NCBI GenBank assembly: GCA_963775425.1
Contig: CAVZJB010000005.1
Coordinates: 448,001-512,000, forward strand
Origin: an uncultured delta proteobacterium
Lineage (GTDB): Bacteria; Myxococcota; UBA727; VGSZ01
DNA length: 64,000 nucleotides
Direction: 5' to 3'
Positions 38,085 through 46,762 of the stretch are shown here, one piece after another (positions within the stretch are counted from its first letter, which is position 1; every line of letters begins with the position of its first letter). The position numbers were made by a program, and so were the translations under genes. A model generated the notes under the pieces. That model was given only the letters and a program-made list of their open reading frames with translations. It made no database searches and was not told the DNA's origin.

Positions 38085-39335
38085 ATGGGCGCAGGTCCGC
38101 GCGACGGCCACACCCAGACCCTCACCGTGGGCCGCTCCAATCCTGGCGTCGAGCGCGCCTGGGTCCTGCGCGTCATCGACGGACCGGATCGTGGCGCCAC
38201 CGTTCGCTTGAGCGACGCCTCCGTGCTCGTCGGCGCCGCCACCGACGCCGACCTCGTGCTCAAGGACGCCGGCGTCTCGCGTCGCCACCTCGAGCTCGCC
38301 GTCGTCCAGGGCGGCGTGCGCGTGGTCGACCTCGGCTCCAAGAACGGGACGCGGCTCCTCGGCGCGCGCCTGTCCGTCGCCGTCGTCGGCGTCGGCGCCG
38401 AGCTCGTGCTCGGCCAGACCACCTTGCGCGTCGACGACGAGGAGGCGCAGGCCGACGCCGTCGAGGCCACCCGCTTCGGCGCGCTCTCCACGCGCAGCAC
38501 CGATATGGCGCGCGCCTTCGGCATGCTCGGCCGGGCGGCGTCCACGGACGTCCCCGTCCTGCTCGAGGGTGAGGCCGGCACCGGCAAGGGCGGGCTCGCG
38601 CGCATGCTCCACGCGTCGTCGCCGCGCGCCGGCCGCGCCTTCGTGGAGATCGACGTCGAGAGCGCCGGCGCGGGCATCGCCGGCGTGCTGTTCGGCCTGG
38701 GCGATCAAGCGGGGGCGCTCGAGCGCGCGCACGGCGGGACGCTCTTCATCGACGAGATCGGCGCGCTCCCGCCGGAGGTGCAGCCGCTCCTCGCGCGCGC
38801 CGTCCACAGCGGCGTCGTCGTGCGCCCCGGCGACAGGGCCCGCCGCGTCAACGTGCGCGTCGTCACCGCCACCGTGAAGGACGCCGACGGTCAGGTGAAG
38901 GCGGGCCGGCTGCGCGCGGAGCTGCGCGACGTCCTCGCCGTGGTGCGCGTGCGCGTCCCGCCGCTGCGCGAGCGCGTCGCCGACATCCCCGAGCTGGCCC
39001 GCGCGCTCCTCGCCGAGCACGGGCGCAGGGACGCCCTCGACGCCGAGACGCTCGCCCGCCTGGGGCGCCATCGTTGGCCGCTCAACCTGCGCGAGCTGCG
39101 TGCGGTCCTCGGGCGCGCCGTCGCCGCGTCCGGCGACGGGCCGCTCGCGGTGGCGCTCGACGCGCCGGCCCCGTCGGCGTCGCTGCGCGACCAACGGGCC
39201 AACGCCGAGCGCGACGCCCTCGTGGAGCTGCTCGAGAGAAACGGCGGAAACGTCTCCGCCGCCGCCCGCGACGCGGGCTACGATTGGCGGCACCTCCATC
39301 GCTTGCTGAAGAAGCACGGGCTGCGCGGTGGCTGA
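38085..39335 (+). CDS. FHA-AAA+-HTH enhancer-binding-type regulator lacking GAFTGA
   Basis: FHA (VSRRH, DLGSKNGT), GEAGTGK, GGTLFIDEIG, PPLRER, WPLNLREL, GNVSAAAR. Confidence 0.88.
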   Translation: MGAGPRDGHTQTLTVGRSNPGVERAWVLRVIDGPDRGATVRLSDASVLVGAATDADLVLKDAGVSRRHLELAVVQGGVRVVDLGSKNGTRLLGARLSVAVVGVGAELVLGQTTLRVDDEEAQADAVEATRFGALSTRSTDMARAFGMLGRAASTDVPVLLEGEAGTGKGGLARMLHASSPRAGRAFVEIDVESAGAGIAGVLFGLGDQAGALERAHGGTLFIDEIGALPPEVQPLLARAVHSGVVVRPGDRARRVNVRVVTATVKDADGQVKAGRLRAELRDVLAVVRVRVPPLRERVADIPELARALLAEHGRRDALDAETLARLGRHRWPLNLRELRAVLGRAVAASGDGPLAVALDAPAPSASLRDQRANAERDALVELLERNGGNVSAAARDAGYDWRHLHRLLKKHGLRGG

Positions 39336-40959
39336 GGGGCGCTCCCACCTTCGCCTCGGCGCGCGCATCGGGCGCGGCGGCATGGCCGAGGTCTTCGCCG
39401 GCAAGCTCGTCGGCGTCGCGGGCTTCGAAAAGGAGGTCGCCGTCAAGCGCGTGCTGCCCAAGTACGCCGGCGATCCCGCGTTCCTGTCCCGCTTCCTCGA
39501 CGAGGCGCGGCTGGCGGCGCGGCTGTCGCACCCGAACATCGTCCAGATCTTCGAGCTCGGGCAGGATGCCGGCGACCACTACATCGTGATGGAAGCCGTG
39601 CGCGGGGTGACGCTGCGAATGTGCCTCATGGCGCTCGCCGAGCGCGGCGAGAAGATGCCGCCGGCCATCGCGTTGCACGTCGCGCAAGGGCTGTGCGCGG
39701 GGCTCGCCTACGCCCACGAGCTGTGCGGCGCCGACGGCGCGCCGCTCGGCATCGTGCACCGCGACGTCTCGCCGCAGAACGTGCTGCTCGGCTTCGAGGG
39801 CGCGGTGAAGCTCATCGACTTCGGCATCGCGCGCGCGCGCGACAACGCGGCGTTCACGCAGGTCGGCCGCGTGGTGGGCAAGCCGCGGTTCATGTCGCCG
39901 GAGCAGATCCTCGGTGACAACGTCGACGCGCGCGCCGACGTCTTCGCCCTCGGGCTCGTGCTGTTCGAGATGCTCGCCGGACGCGGGCCGTTCGACGACG
40001 ACAAGGACCCCGCCGAGGCGATCGTCGAGGGGCGCGGCCGCCGGCTCGGGGACCTCGAGCCGTCACTCGAGAAGGACATCGTCGACGTCGTGAAGCGCGC
40101 CACGGCCCGGAGAGCCGCCGATCGCTTCGCGGGCGCGCGTGCGTTCGGCGGCGCCCTCTTGTCGGTGTCGCAGGACCGCACGCGCACGGGGCCGCACGAT
40201 CTCGAGGGGTTGCTCCTGCGGCTGTTCCCGGAGCCGCGCGCGCCGTGGCCGGTGGAGTCGCCGCGCGCGGACAGCGCCGAGCACACCGCCACCGTCGACG
40301 TCCCGCTGCTCCGCGAGATCACGCTCGACTCGGACAGCGGCGACACGCTCCGCGACATGGTCCCCCTGGGCGCCGGCCCCGGGGCCGCCGCGCCGGCGGG
40401 GACGGCCTCGCCGCGCGCGCTCGAGCGCACCGACACGCTGCCGCGCGCGCGCCGCGCCGCCCGCGGGCGCGCCGCCGTCGCCGCCGTCGTCGTCGTCGCG
40501 GCCGCGCTCGTGGTGCTCGCAGCGCTCCGTCCCCGCGCCTCGTGGCTCGCCGTCGCCGACGCCGGCCCCACCGGCGCGATCGTCGCCGCCGGCGCGAACG
40601 TCGCCACCAACGCCGACGCGGGGGCACCCACCGACGCCGGCGCCACACAAGCGGCGCCCACCGCCACAGCCGCGCTCCCCGGGGACGCCGGCGCCATGGA
40701 CTTCGGCCTCGTCGTCGTCGACGCGGGCGCGCGTCACGCGAAGAAGCGCATGGGCCGGCTGGTCGTGGAGACGCGGCCGTGGTCCGAGGTGCGGCTCGGG
40801 GGCAAGCTCCTCGGGATCACGCCGCTCGCCGTGGCGGTGCCCGTGGGCAAGCACGCGCTGCGCCTCGTGAACCCGCCGACCAAGCTCACGCGCACGGTCA
40901 GCGTCACCGTCTCCGAGGACAAGCCCGCGGTGCTGCGCGTCGACCTGCGCTCGCCCTGA
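39328..40959 (+). CDS. Membrane Ser/Thr kinase with C-terminal PEGA-like domain
   Basis: IGRGGMAEV, VAVK, HRDVSPQN, DFG, FMSPEQ, TM segment, GRLVVETRPW...LGITP. Confidence 0.92.
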   Translation: MAEGRSHLRLGARIGRGGMAEVFAGKLVGVAGFEKEVAVKRVLPKYAGDPAFLSRFLDEARLAARLSHPNIVQIFELGQDAGDHYIVMEAVRGVTLRMCLMALAERGEKMPPAIALHVAQGLCAGLAYAHELCGADGAPLGIVHRDVSPQNVLLGFEGAVKLIDFGIARARDNAAFTQVGRVVGKPRFMSPEQILGDNVDARADVFALGLVLFEMLAGRGPFDDDKDPAEAIVEGRGRRLGDLEPSLEKDIVDVVKRATARRAADRFAGARAFGGALLSVSQDRTRTGPHDLEGLLLRLFPEPRAPWPVESPRADSAEHTATVDVPLLREITLDSDSGDTLRDMVPLGAGPGAAAPAGTASPRALERTDTLPRARRAARGRAAVAAVVVVAAALVVLAALRPRASWLAVADAGPTGAIVAAGANVATNADAGAPTDAGATQAAPTATAALPGDAGAMDFGLVVVDAGARHAKKRMGRLVVETRPWSEVRLGGKLLGITPLAVAVPVGKHALRLVNPPTKLTRTVSVTVSEDKPAVLRVDLRSP

Positions 40960-40990
40960 TCGGCGCGGCGGCGCCTCCGGTCGCCGGTCA
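40957..40990. repeat. REP-like palindromic repeat, copy E (reverse orientation)
   Basis: Reverse complement tgaccggcgaccggaggcgccgccgcgccgatca; starts at the kinase stop codon. Confidence 0.62.
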
Positions 40991-41002
40991 TCTCCGCGCG
41001 GC

Positions 41003-41323
41003 TCAATCCTCGTCGTCGGGCGCGCCGGCCGCGTCGCCGGGGCCGCCCGGGGCGAACCACGCCTCGATGGCCTGCGAGAGGCCGAGCGCCTGCTTGGACG
41101 TCGACAGCGTCAGGTGCTTGTCGACGACGAACCCCTTGCCGCGCTTGCGGTAGCGGCGCACCGACACCTTGGGCGCGCGCCAGCCGCCGGCACCGTCGCT
41201 CTCACGGAACAGGAACGCGATGGTCGCCCACGACGATGACGACGACAGCACCGCCTTGGCGAGCTCCTGCACCTTCACCGCGCCGTCCTCGACGAAGGTC
41301 ACCGTCAGGTCGTCGATGTTCAT
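41003..41323 (-). CDS. Hypothetical protein
   Basis: Good codon bias; WATIAFLF...PKVSVRRYRK; fills the gap between called genes. Confidence 0.75.
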   Translation of the reverse strand: MNIDDLTVTFVEDGAVKVQELAKAVLSSSSSWATIAFLFRESDGAGGWRAPKVSVRRYRKRGKGFVVDKHLTLSTSKQALGLSQAIEAWFAPGGPGDAAGAPDDED

Positions 41324-41378
41324 GGGCGAAGATCCCGCCCCCCGGCCACCGAGGCAAGCGCGCGGATCCGGGACTTGC

Positions 41379-41415
41379 AGTTCAAGAGGGTGTGAACTAT
41401 GTGAACATCATGAAC
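41379..41415 (+). promoter_or_regulatory. Putative operator of the GbsR-type regulator
   Basis: Inverted repeat AGTTCA-N8-TGAACT (41379-41398) plus TGAAC at 41393, 41402 and 41411, overlapping a TTGCAG -35-like hexamer. Confidence 0.55.
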
Positions 41416-42015
41416 GCTGCGAACGCCCGCCGCGCCCCCCGGGGCCATCTGCTCGAGCTCAGGCGGGAGGACGACGGCGGCCCCGGCGACCTGGAGCCCT
41501 GGGAGGCCCTCGTCGTCGACGCGGTCGGCAACACCATCGACTTCTGGCGCTTCAAGCGGAACCACGGCCGCGTCTGGGCCGTGCTCTACCTGCGCGGGCG
41601 CGCCCTCTCGGCCGGCGAGATCCAGGCGGCCCTCGGCCTCAGCAAGGGCGCGGTCTCCATGGTCACGCGCGAGCTCGAGCAGTGGGGCGTCGTCCACCGC
41701 GCCCGCACCCCCGGCGACGCCACGTGGCGCTTCGTCGCCGAGACCGATCTCATGCGCATGATCCGCCGCGTCATCGAGGAGCGCGAGGCCGCGTTCGTCA
41801 CCGGCGTGCGACAGGACCTCGAAAACGCCGATCGCCTCGCGCGCGCGGCAGACGGCGTCCCGCCCGAGGTGCTCGCACGCGTGGCGCGCATGAAGACGCT
41901 GGCGGTCCTCGTCGACAAGGCGCTGCGCGCGTTCCTTCTCACGGCCCGGCTCGACGTCGGCGGCGCGTTGCACGTGCTGCAGGAGCCGTCTCGCGGTTCA
42001 ACCAGGAGGCGATAG
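41410..42015 (+). CDS. GbsR/MarR-family transcriptional regulator
   Basis: FWRFKRNHGRVWAVLYL...LSAGEI...LGLSKGAVSM..RELEQWGVV winged HTH. Confidence 0.85.
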   Translation: MNAANARRAPRGHLLELRREDDGGPGDLEPWEALVVDAVGNTIDFWRFKRNHGRVWAVLYLRGRALSAGEIQAALGLSKGAVSMVTRELEQWGVVHRARTPGDATWRFVAETDLMRMIRRVIEEREAAFVTGVRQDLENADRLARAADGVPPEVLARVARMKTLAVLVDKALRAFLLTARLDVGGALHVLQEPSRGSTRRR

Positions 42016-43365
42016 ATGAAGTCGGTCATCACGTGCGACCTCGAAGGGCGCATCGAGACATACAACGACGACGCCGCGGCCATCTTCGGCTGGAGCCGCG
42101 ACGAGGTCGTCGGCAAGAAGCGGGTCTCCCTGTTTTCGCCCGGCGAGGTCGTGCTCGAGCACGTCCCCCGCTGGCTGAAGCTCGCCTCGGAGCGCGGCTC
42201 GTTCGAGACGGACACGGTGTTCGTCAAGAAGGACGGCTCGCCCTTTCCGGCGCACATCAAGATCTCGCCGACCCGGAAGGGCGAGCGGCAGATCGGCTTT
42301 TGCGGCGTCACCGAGCCGCTGCCGCAGGACGAGCTCGCGCGCGCGACGCCGAAGATCTCCACGGGCACACGCGTGTTTCGCTGGCTCGTCGTCACGCGCG
42401 CGCCGTTCCTCACCGCCACCGTGGTGCCGGTGCTGGCGGCGGCGGCGCTCGCGGCGCGCACCGTCGCCGTCGACGCGCGCTTCTGGCTCGCGTTCGCGCT
42501 CGCGCTCGTCGGCGCGTGTGCCCTGCACGTCGCCGCCAACACGTTCAACGACGTGTTCGACTGGCGAAGCGGCGCCGACCAGGACAACAACGACTACTTC
42601 CTGCCGTTCTCCGGCGGCAGCCGCGCCCTCGAGCTGCGCCTCATCACCGAGCGCGGGCTCGCGCGCCTCGCCTGGGCTGCGCTCGCCGTCGCCGCCGCGT
42701 GCGGCGCCGCGCTCATCGCGCTCGGCGCGGGACCGGCCATCCTCGTCTTCGGCGTCGCCGGCGCGTTCGCGGCGTACTTCTACACGGCGCCGCCGCTTCG
42801 CCTGGCGGCGCGGCGCGGCCTGGGAGAGCTGTTCGTCGGGCTGTGCTTCGGTCCCTTCATCACCGGCGGCGTCGTCGCCGCGCTCACCGGCGTCGTCGCC
42901 GCGGGTGCTTCGACGGCGGTTCCAGGCGCGACGCTCTCGGGCGCGTGGGCGCCGGACGCGCTCGCGCAGGTGCTGCACGGCCTCTGGCCCGCCCTCGCCG
43001 CCGGCGTGCCGCTCGGCCTGCTCACGTCGGCCATCCTGTGGATCAACGAGTTCCCCGACGCCGCCAGCGACGCGCGCGCGGGCAAGAACCACCTCGTCGT
43101 CACCCTCGGCAAACCCGTCGCGCGCGCCGGCTACATCGCCGTCGTTGCGTTCGCCTTCGCCGTCTTCGTCGTCCTCGGTGCGCGCGGCGTCGTCCCGTGG
43201 GCAGCCGCGCTCGCGCCGCTCGTGGCCCTGCCGCTCGCCGTACGCGCCGTGCGCGTGCTGTTCGCGCACCTTGACGACCGTGAGCTCATCGTGGCCAACA
43301 AGAGCACCATCCAGCTCCACGCGGTGGCGGGCCTGGCCTACGCGGTGGCCCTGGTGCTCGCGTGA
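42016..43365 (+). CDS. menA: PAS domain fused to MenA-type (UbiA family) prenyltransferase
   Basis: N-terminal ITCDLEGRI..YN..A..IFGWSRDEVVG...KKDGSPFP PAS; then TRAPF, NTFNDVFD..SGAD, FSGGS, YTAPP...GLGE, NEFPD..SD...GK. Confidence 0.85.
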   Translation: MKSVITCDLEGRIETYNDDAAAIFGWSRDEVVGKKRVSLFSPGEVVLEHVPRWLKLASERGSFETDTVFVKKDGSPFPAHIKISPTRKGERQIGFCGVTEPLPQDELARATPKISTGTRVFRWLVVTRAPFLTATVVPVLAAAALAARTVAVDARFWLAFALALVGACALHVAANTFNDVFDWRSGADQDNNDYFLPFSGGSRALELRLITERGLARLAWAALAVAAACGAALIALGAGPAILVFGVAGAFAAYFYTAPPLRLAARRGLGELFVGLCFGPFITGGVVAALTGVVAAGASTAVPGATLSGAWAPDALAQVLHGLWPALAAGVPLGLLTSAILWINEFPDAASDARAGKNHLVVTLGKPVARAGYIAVVAFAFAVFVVLGARGVVPWAAALAPLVALPLAVRAVRVLFAHLDDRELIVANKSTIQLHAVAGLAYAVALVLA

Positions 43366-44435
43366 GCGCCGCCGACCCCGCCTCCTCGCCGGGATCGCCC
43401 GCGCCGGCGAGCCCTCCGCACGCGGCGTGGGCCGACGCCGACGTGCTCGGCGCCGTCGAGCGCGAGCTGTGCACATGGGCGGGCCCCGACGACGAACCCG
43501 CGGGCCGCGGCGCTGCGGCGGCGGGGCCCGGCCCCGTCCCGGCCGGCCTCCGCGCGCCCGGGTTGTTGCACGACGCCGTCGCGCCGCTCCTCGCAGCGCC
43601 GGCCGCCAAGCGCGCGCGCCCGCGGCTCCTCGTGGCGTTCGCCTCGCTGGCGGGCGCGCCGCACGACCATCGGCTCGTGGACGCCGCGTGCGCCGTAGAG
43701 CTCATCCACAGCGCCAGCCTGCTTCACGACGACGTCATCGACGGCGCCGACGAGCGCCGCGGCGCCCCCGCCGCCAACGCACGCTTCGGCAACGCCGCCG
43801 CCGTGCTCGCGGGCGATCACGTGCTCGCGCGGGCGCTGCGGGCGCTGGCGTTCGACCCGCGGGCGATGTCCGCCGCCGTCGACGTCGTGCTGCGCATGTC
43901 GGCGGCCGCGGTGTGCGAGCAGGAGGTGCGCGGCAGGATCGTCGACGTGCGCCCGGCCGATCTCGAAGCGGTCGCGCGCGGAAAGACCGCGGGGATCTTC
44001 GGCCTCTGCGGCACGCTCGCCACGCTGCTCGCGGAGCCGTGGGCGGACCTGCGGCCGCAGGGGGCGGCCTCGGCGAGCCAGCGCGCAACGCCGCTCGCCG
44101 ACGCCGGCATCGCGCTCGGCCTCGCCTTCCAGGAGGCGGACGACATCGCCGACGTCGCCGGCGACATCCGCGAGCGCACACCCACGCTGCCGCTCGCGCG
44201 CACGGCCGTCGCGGACGCCGCGTTCGCCGCCGCGCTCGAGGAGGTCTGGGCCCGCGGGGCCTCGTCGCCGCCGCGCGACGACGAGGTCGAGGCGCTCGCT
44301 GCGCGTGTGCCGCGCGACCGCAGCGGTGTGCGTCGCCACCTCGAGGCTGCCCTGCGTGCGCTCTCGCCCTGGGCGGGCGCTGCCGCCCACGAGCAGATCG
44401 CGCGCTTCGCCGCCGCCTTGGCCGGCCCGCACTGA
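43362..44435 (+). CDS. Polyprenyl diphosphate synthase (long-chain type)
   Basis: KRARP, VELIHSASLLHDDVID...RRG, AVLAGD, KTA, FQEADD. Confidence 0.85.
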   Translation: MSAADPASSPGSPAPASPPHAAWADADVLGAVERELCTWAGPDDEPAGRGAAAAGPGPVPAGLRAPGLLHDAVAPLLAAPAAKRARPRLLVAFASLAGAPHDHRLVDAACAVELIHSASLLHDDVIDGADERRGAPAANARFGNAAAVLAGDHVLARALRALAFDPRAMSAAVDVVLRMSAAAVCEQEVRGRIVDVRPADLEAVARGKTAGIFGLCGTLATLLAEPWADLRPQGAASASQRATPLADAGIALGLAFQEADDIADVAGDIRERTPTLPLARTAVADAAFAAALEEVWARGASSPPRDDEVEALAARVPRDRSGVRRHLEAALRALSPWAGAAAHEQIARFAAALAGPH

Positions 44436-44456
44436 GCCGCGGCGCCGACGCGCGCG

Positions 44457-44472
44457 TGGCACGATGGGTGCT
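44457..44472 (+). promoter_or_regulatory. Putative sigma54 -24/-12 promoter
   Basis: TGGCACGATGGGTGCT versus consensus TGGCACGNNNNTTGCW, 25 bp before the ATG at 44498. Confidence 0.55.
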
Positions 44473-44497
44473 TGCTCGGAGAGACACGAGGTCTCCC

Positions 44498-45601
44498 ATG
44501 CGAGCGTCGAAGAAGATCCGCTACGCCGTCGTCGGCGCGGGCAACATCGCCCAGGTCGCGGTGCTGCCTGCGTTCCGCCACGCGCACGAAAACAGCGAGC
44601 TCGCGGCGGTGGTGTCGTCGGACGCGCACAAGCGCGCGGCGCTCTCGAAGCGCTACGGCGTCGAGGGCTGCGGCTACGAGGACCTCGAGCGGATCATCCA
44701 GGACGCCGCCGTCGACGCCGCCTACCTCGCCGTGCCCAACACGCTGCATCGCGGCTACACCGAGCGCTGCGCGCGCGCCGGCGTGCACGTGCTCTGCGAA
44801 AAGCCGATGGCGATGTCGGCGGGCGACTGCGCGGCGATGATGGACGCCTGCGAGGCGGCGGGCGTGAAGCTCATGGTCGCGTATCGCTTGCACTTCGAGG
44901 AGGCGACGCTCACCGCCATCGAGGCGGTGCGCAACGGCGCCATCGGTGAGCCGCGTTACATCTCGTCGTCGTTTTCGCAGCAGGTGCGCGGCGGCGGCAT
45001 CCGCACCGCCGCGGACGTCGGCGGCGGCGCGCTCTACGACCTCGGCGTCTACCAGGTGAACGCCGCGCGCTGTCTGTTCGCGGCGGAGCCCGAGGAGGTG
45101 ATCGGCAGCCGCGTACGCGGGGCCGATGCGCGCTTTCAAGACGTCGACGAGATGGCCGTGGCCGTCCTGCGCTTCCCCGGGGACCGCATCGCGCAGCTCG
45201 TGTGCAGCCAGGGCGCCGCCGAGACCTCCGCGCTGCGCATCGTCGGCACCGCCGGCTCTCTCCGACTCGAGCCGGCGTTCGACTACAGCGTCGGCCTCAC
45301 GCTCTTCATGACGGCCGGCGGCAAGACGAGGAAGCGCACCTTCAAGAGGCGCGATCAGTTCGCGCCCGAGCTCGTGACGTTTTCGCGCTGCATCCTCGAG
45401 GACACGGAGCCGGAGCCGTCCGGCGAAGAGGGGCTCGCCGACGTCCGCGTGCTCGAGGCCGTCGTGCGCTCGTCGTCGACGGGCGAGAGCGTGGCGTTGC
45501 CGCCGTTTGCGCGCGCGCGCCGGCCGGGGCTCGCCCAGGAGATGCACATGCCCGCGGTGGACGCGCCCGAGCCGGTGAACGCCCCGAGCCCGTCCCGCTG
45601 A
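44498..45601 (+). CDS. Gfo/Idh/MocA-family oxidoreductase
   Basis: RYAVVGAGNIA, VPNTLH, HVLCEKPM, GGGALYDLGVY. Confidence 0.92.
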   Translation: MRASKKIRYAVVGAGNIAQVAVLPAFRHAHENSELAAVVSSDAHKRAALSKRYGVEGCGYEDLERIIQDAAVDAAYLAVPNTLHRGYTERCARAGVHVLCEKPMAMSAGDCAAMMDACEAAGVKLMVAYRLHFEEATLTAIEAVRNGAIGEPRYISSSFSQQVRGGGIRTAADVGGGALYDLGVYQVNAARCLFAAEPEEVIGSRVRGADARFQDVDEMAVAVLRFPGDRIAQLVCSQGAAETSALRIVGTAGSLRLEPAFDYSVGLTLFMTAGGKTRKRTFKRRDQFAPELVTFSRCILEDTEPEPSGEEGLADVRVLEAVVRSSSTGESVALPPFARARRPGLAQEMHMPAVDAPEPVNAPSPSR

Positions 45602-45664
45602 AGCGGCGCCGCACGGGCACCCACGCCTGTTTCGGGGAATCGCCGGCGCGCTCGCGAGCGCAGT

Positions 45665-45698
45665 ACGGAGGACGGAGGACGGAGGACGGAGGACGGAG
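45665..45698. repeat. Heptamer tandem repeat ACGGAGG, almost 5 copies
   Basis: acggagg x4 + acggag. Confidence 0.85.
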
Positions 45699-45710
45699 AG
45701 GTCCTCCACG

Positions 45711-45960
45711 ATGCTCTGGTGCATGCTCTTCGCCCTCGCCGCGCAGCGAGGCCTCCCCGACGTCAACGAGACCGACACGGCGCCCGACGGCCGCGTCGTC
45801 CGGCTGGTGTTCTCGGCGAGCGCGGGCGTCCCCGTCGAGCGATTCCGCAAGCAATACGGCGAAGCGCTGGGCCTCGGTGACGAGGCGACCTCGTCGCGGA
45901 CGAGATCGCCACGTACGACGCCAACGGGCTCGTCGACAGCCGTCCCCCGCCGGAGCGGGG
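45711..45960 (+). pseudogene. Probable truncated/frameshifted gene remnant
   Basis: RBS plus MLWCMLFALAAQ...FRKQYGEALGLG with good codon bias; bias moves to another frame (GDLVADEIATYDANG) near 45885 and then runs into rplC. Confidence 0.4.
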
Positions 45961-45977
45961 GACGCGCCCTCGGAGCG

Positions 45978-46706
45978 CTACTTCTTCTTGGCGCCGCCGC
46001 CGCCGGCCTTGGAGGCCTTCATCGGGTTCTTGGAGGCGACCTGCGACTCTTGCGTCATGCGGCGGCCCTTCTGGGCGCCGTGCTTCGACGGGTAGACCTC
46101 GACGATGCCGCCGTTGGCGCCGGGGACGGCGCCGCGCACGAAGATCAGGCCCTTCTCCTCGTCGAGCCGGACCACGCTGACGTTGAGCACGGAGACGCGC
46201 TCGTTGCCCATGCGGCCCGCCATGCGCTTGCCCTTGTGGACCTTGCCGGGGGTGGCGCGGCAGCCGATGGAGCCGCCGTGGCGGAAGTACTCGTGGGTGC
46301 CGTGGGTGGCGCGGAAGCCGGCCATGTTGTGGCGCTTGAGCACGCCCGCGGTGCCGCGGCCCTTGCTCACGCCGGCGACGTCGACGGACTTCACGTCCTT
46401 GAGGATGTCGAGGCCGAGCTTGTCGCCGGCGTTGAGGCCGGCGGCCTTGTCGTCGCGCAGCTCGCGCACGAAGCGCTGCGGCGGCACGTTGGCCTTCTTG
46501 AAGTGACCCTGCATGGCGGCCGGCGTGCGCTTCTCGCGCTTCTGATCGGTGCCGACCTGGACGGCGAGGTAGCCGTCGATCTCCGGGGTCTTCTTCTGGA
46601 CGACGACGTTGTCCTCGAGGAGGAGGACGGTGACCGGAACGCGCAGACCGTCATCCATGAACAGCTGCGTCATCCCGACTTTGCGGGTGAAAAGGCCGAG
46701 CGACAT
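45978..46706 (-). CDS. rplC: 50S ribosomal protein L3
   Basis: KVGMTQ, VPVT, DGYLAVQ, VDVAGVSKGRG, RHGGSIG, KGKRMAG.MG, RGAVPG. Confidence 0.97.
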   Translation of the reverse strand: MSLGLFTRKVGMTQLFMDDGLRVPVTVLLLEDNVVVQKKTPEIDGYLAVQVGTDQKREKRTPAAMQGHFKKANVPPQRFVRELRDDKAAGLNAGDKLGLDILKDVKSVDVAGVSKGRGTAGVLKRHNMAGFRATHGTHEYFRHGGSIGCRATPGKVHKGKRMAGRMGNERVSVLNVSVVRLDEEKGLIFVRGAVPGANGGIVEVYPSKHGAQKGRRMTQESQVASKNPMKASKAGGGGAKKK

Positions 46707-46762
46707 ACATTCTCCCGGGTCATGTGCCTGTGGCTAGAGGACCCGGCGCGGAACCTAGCCGA

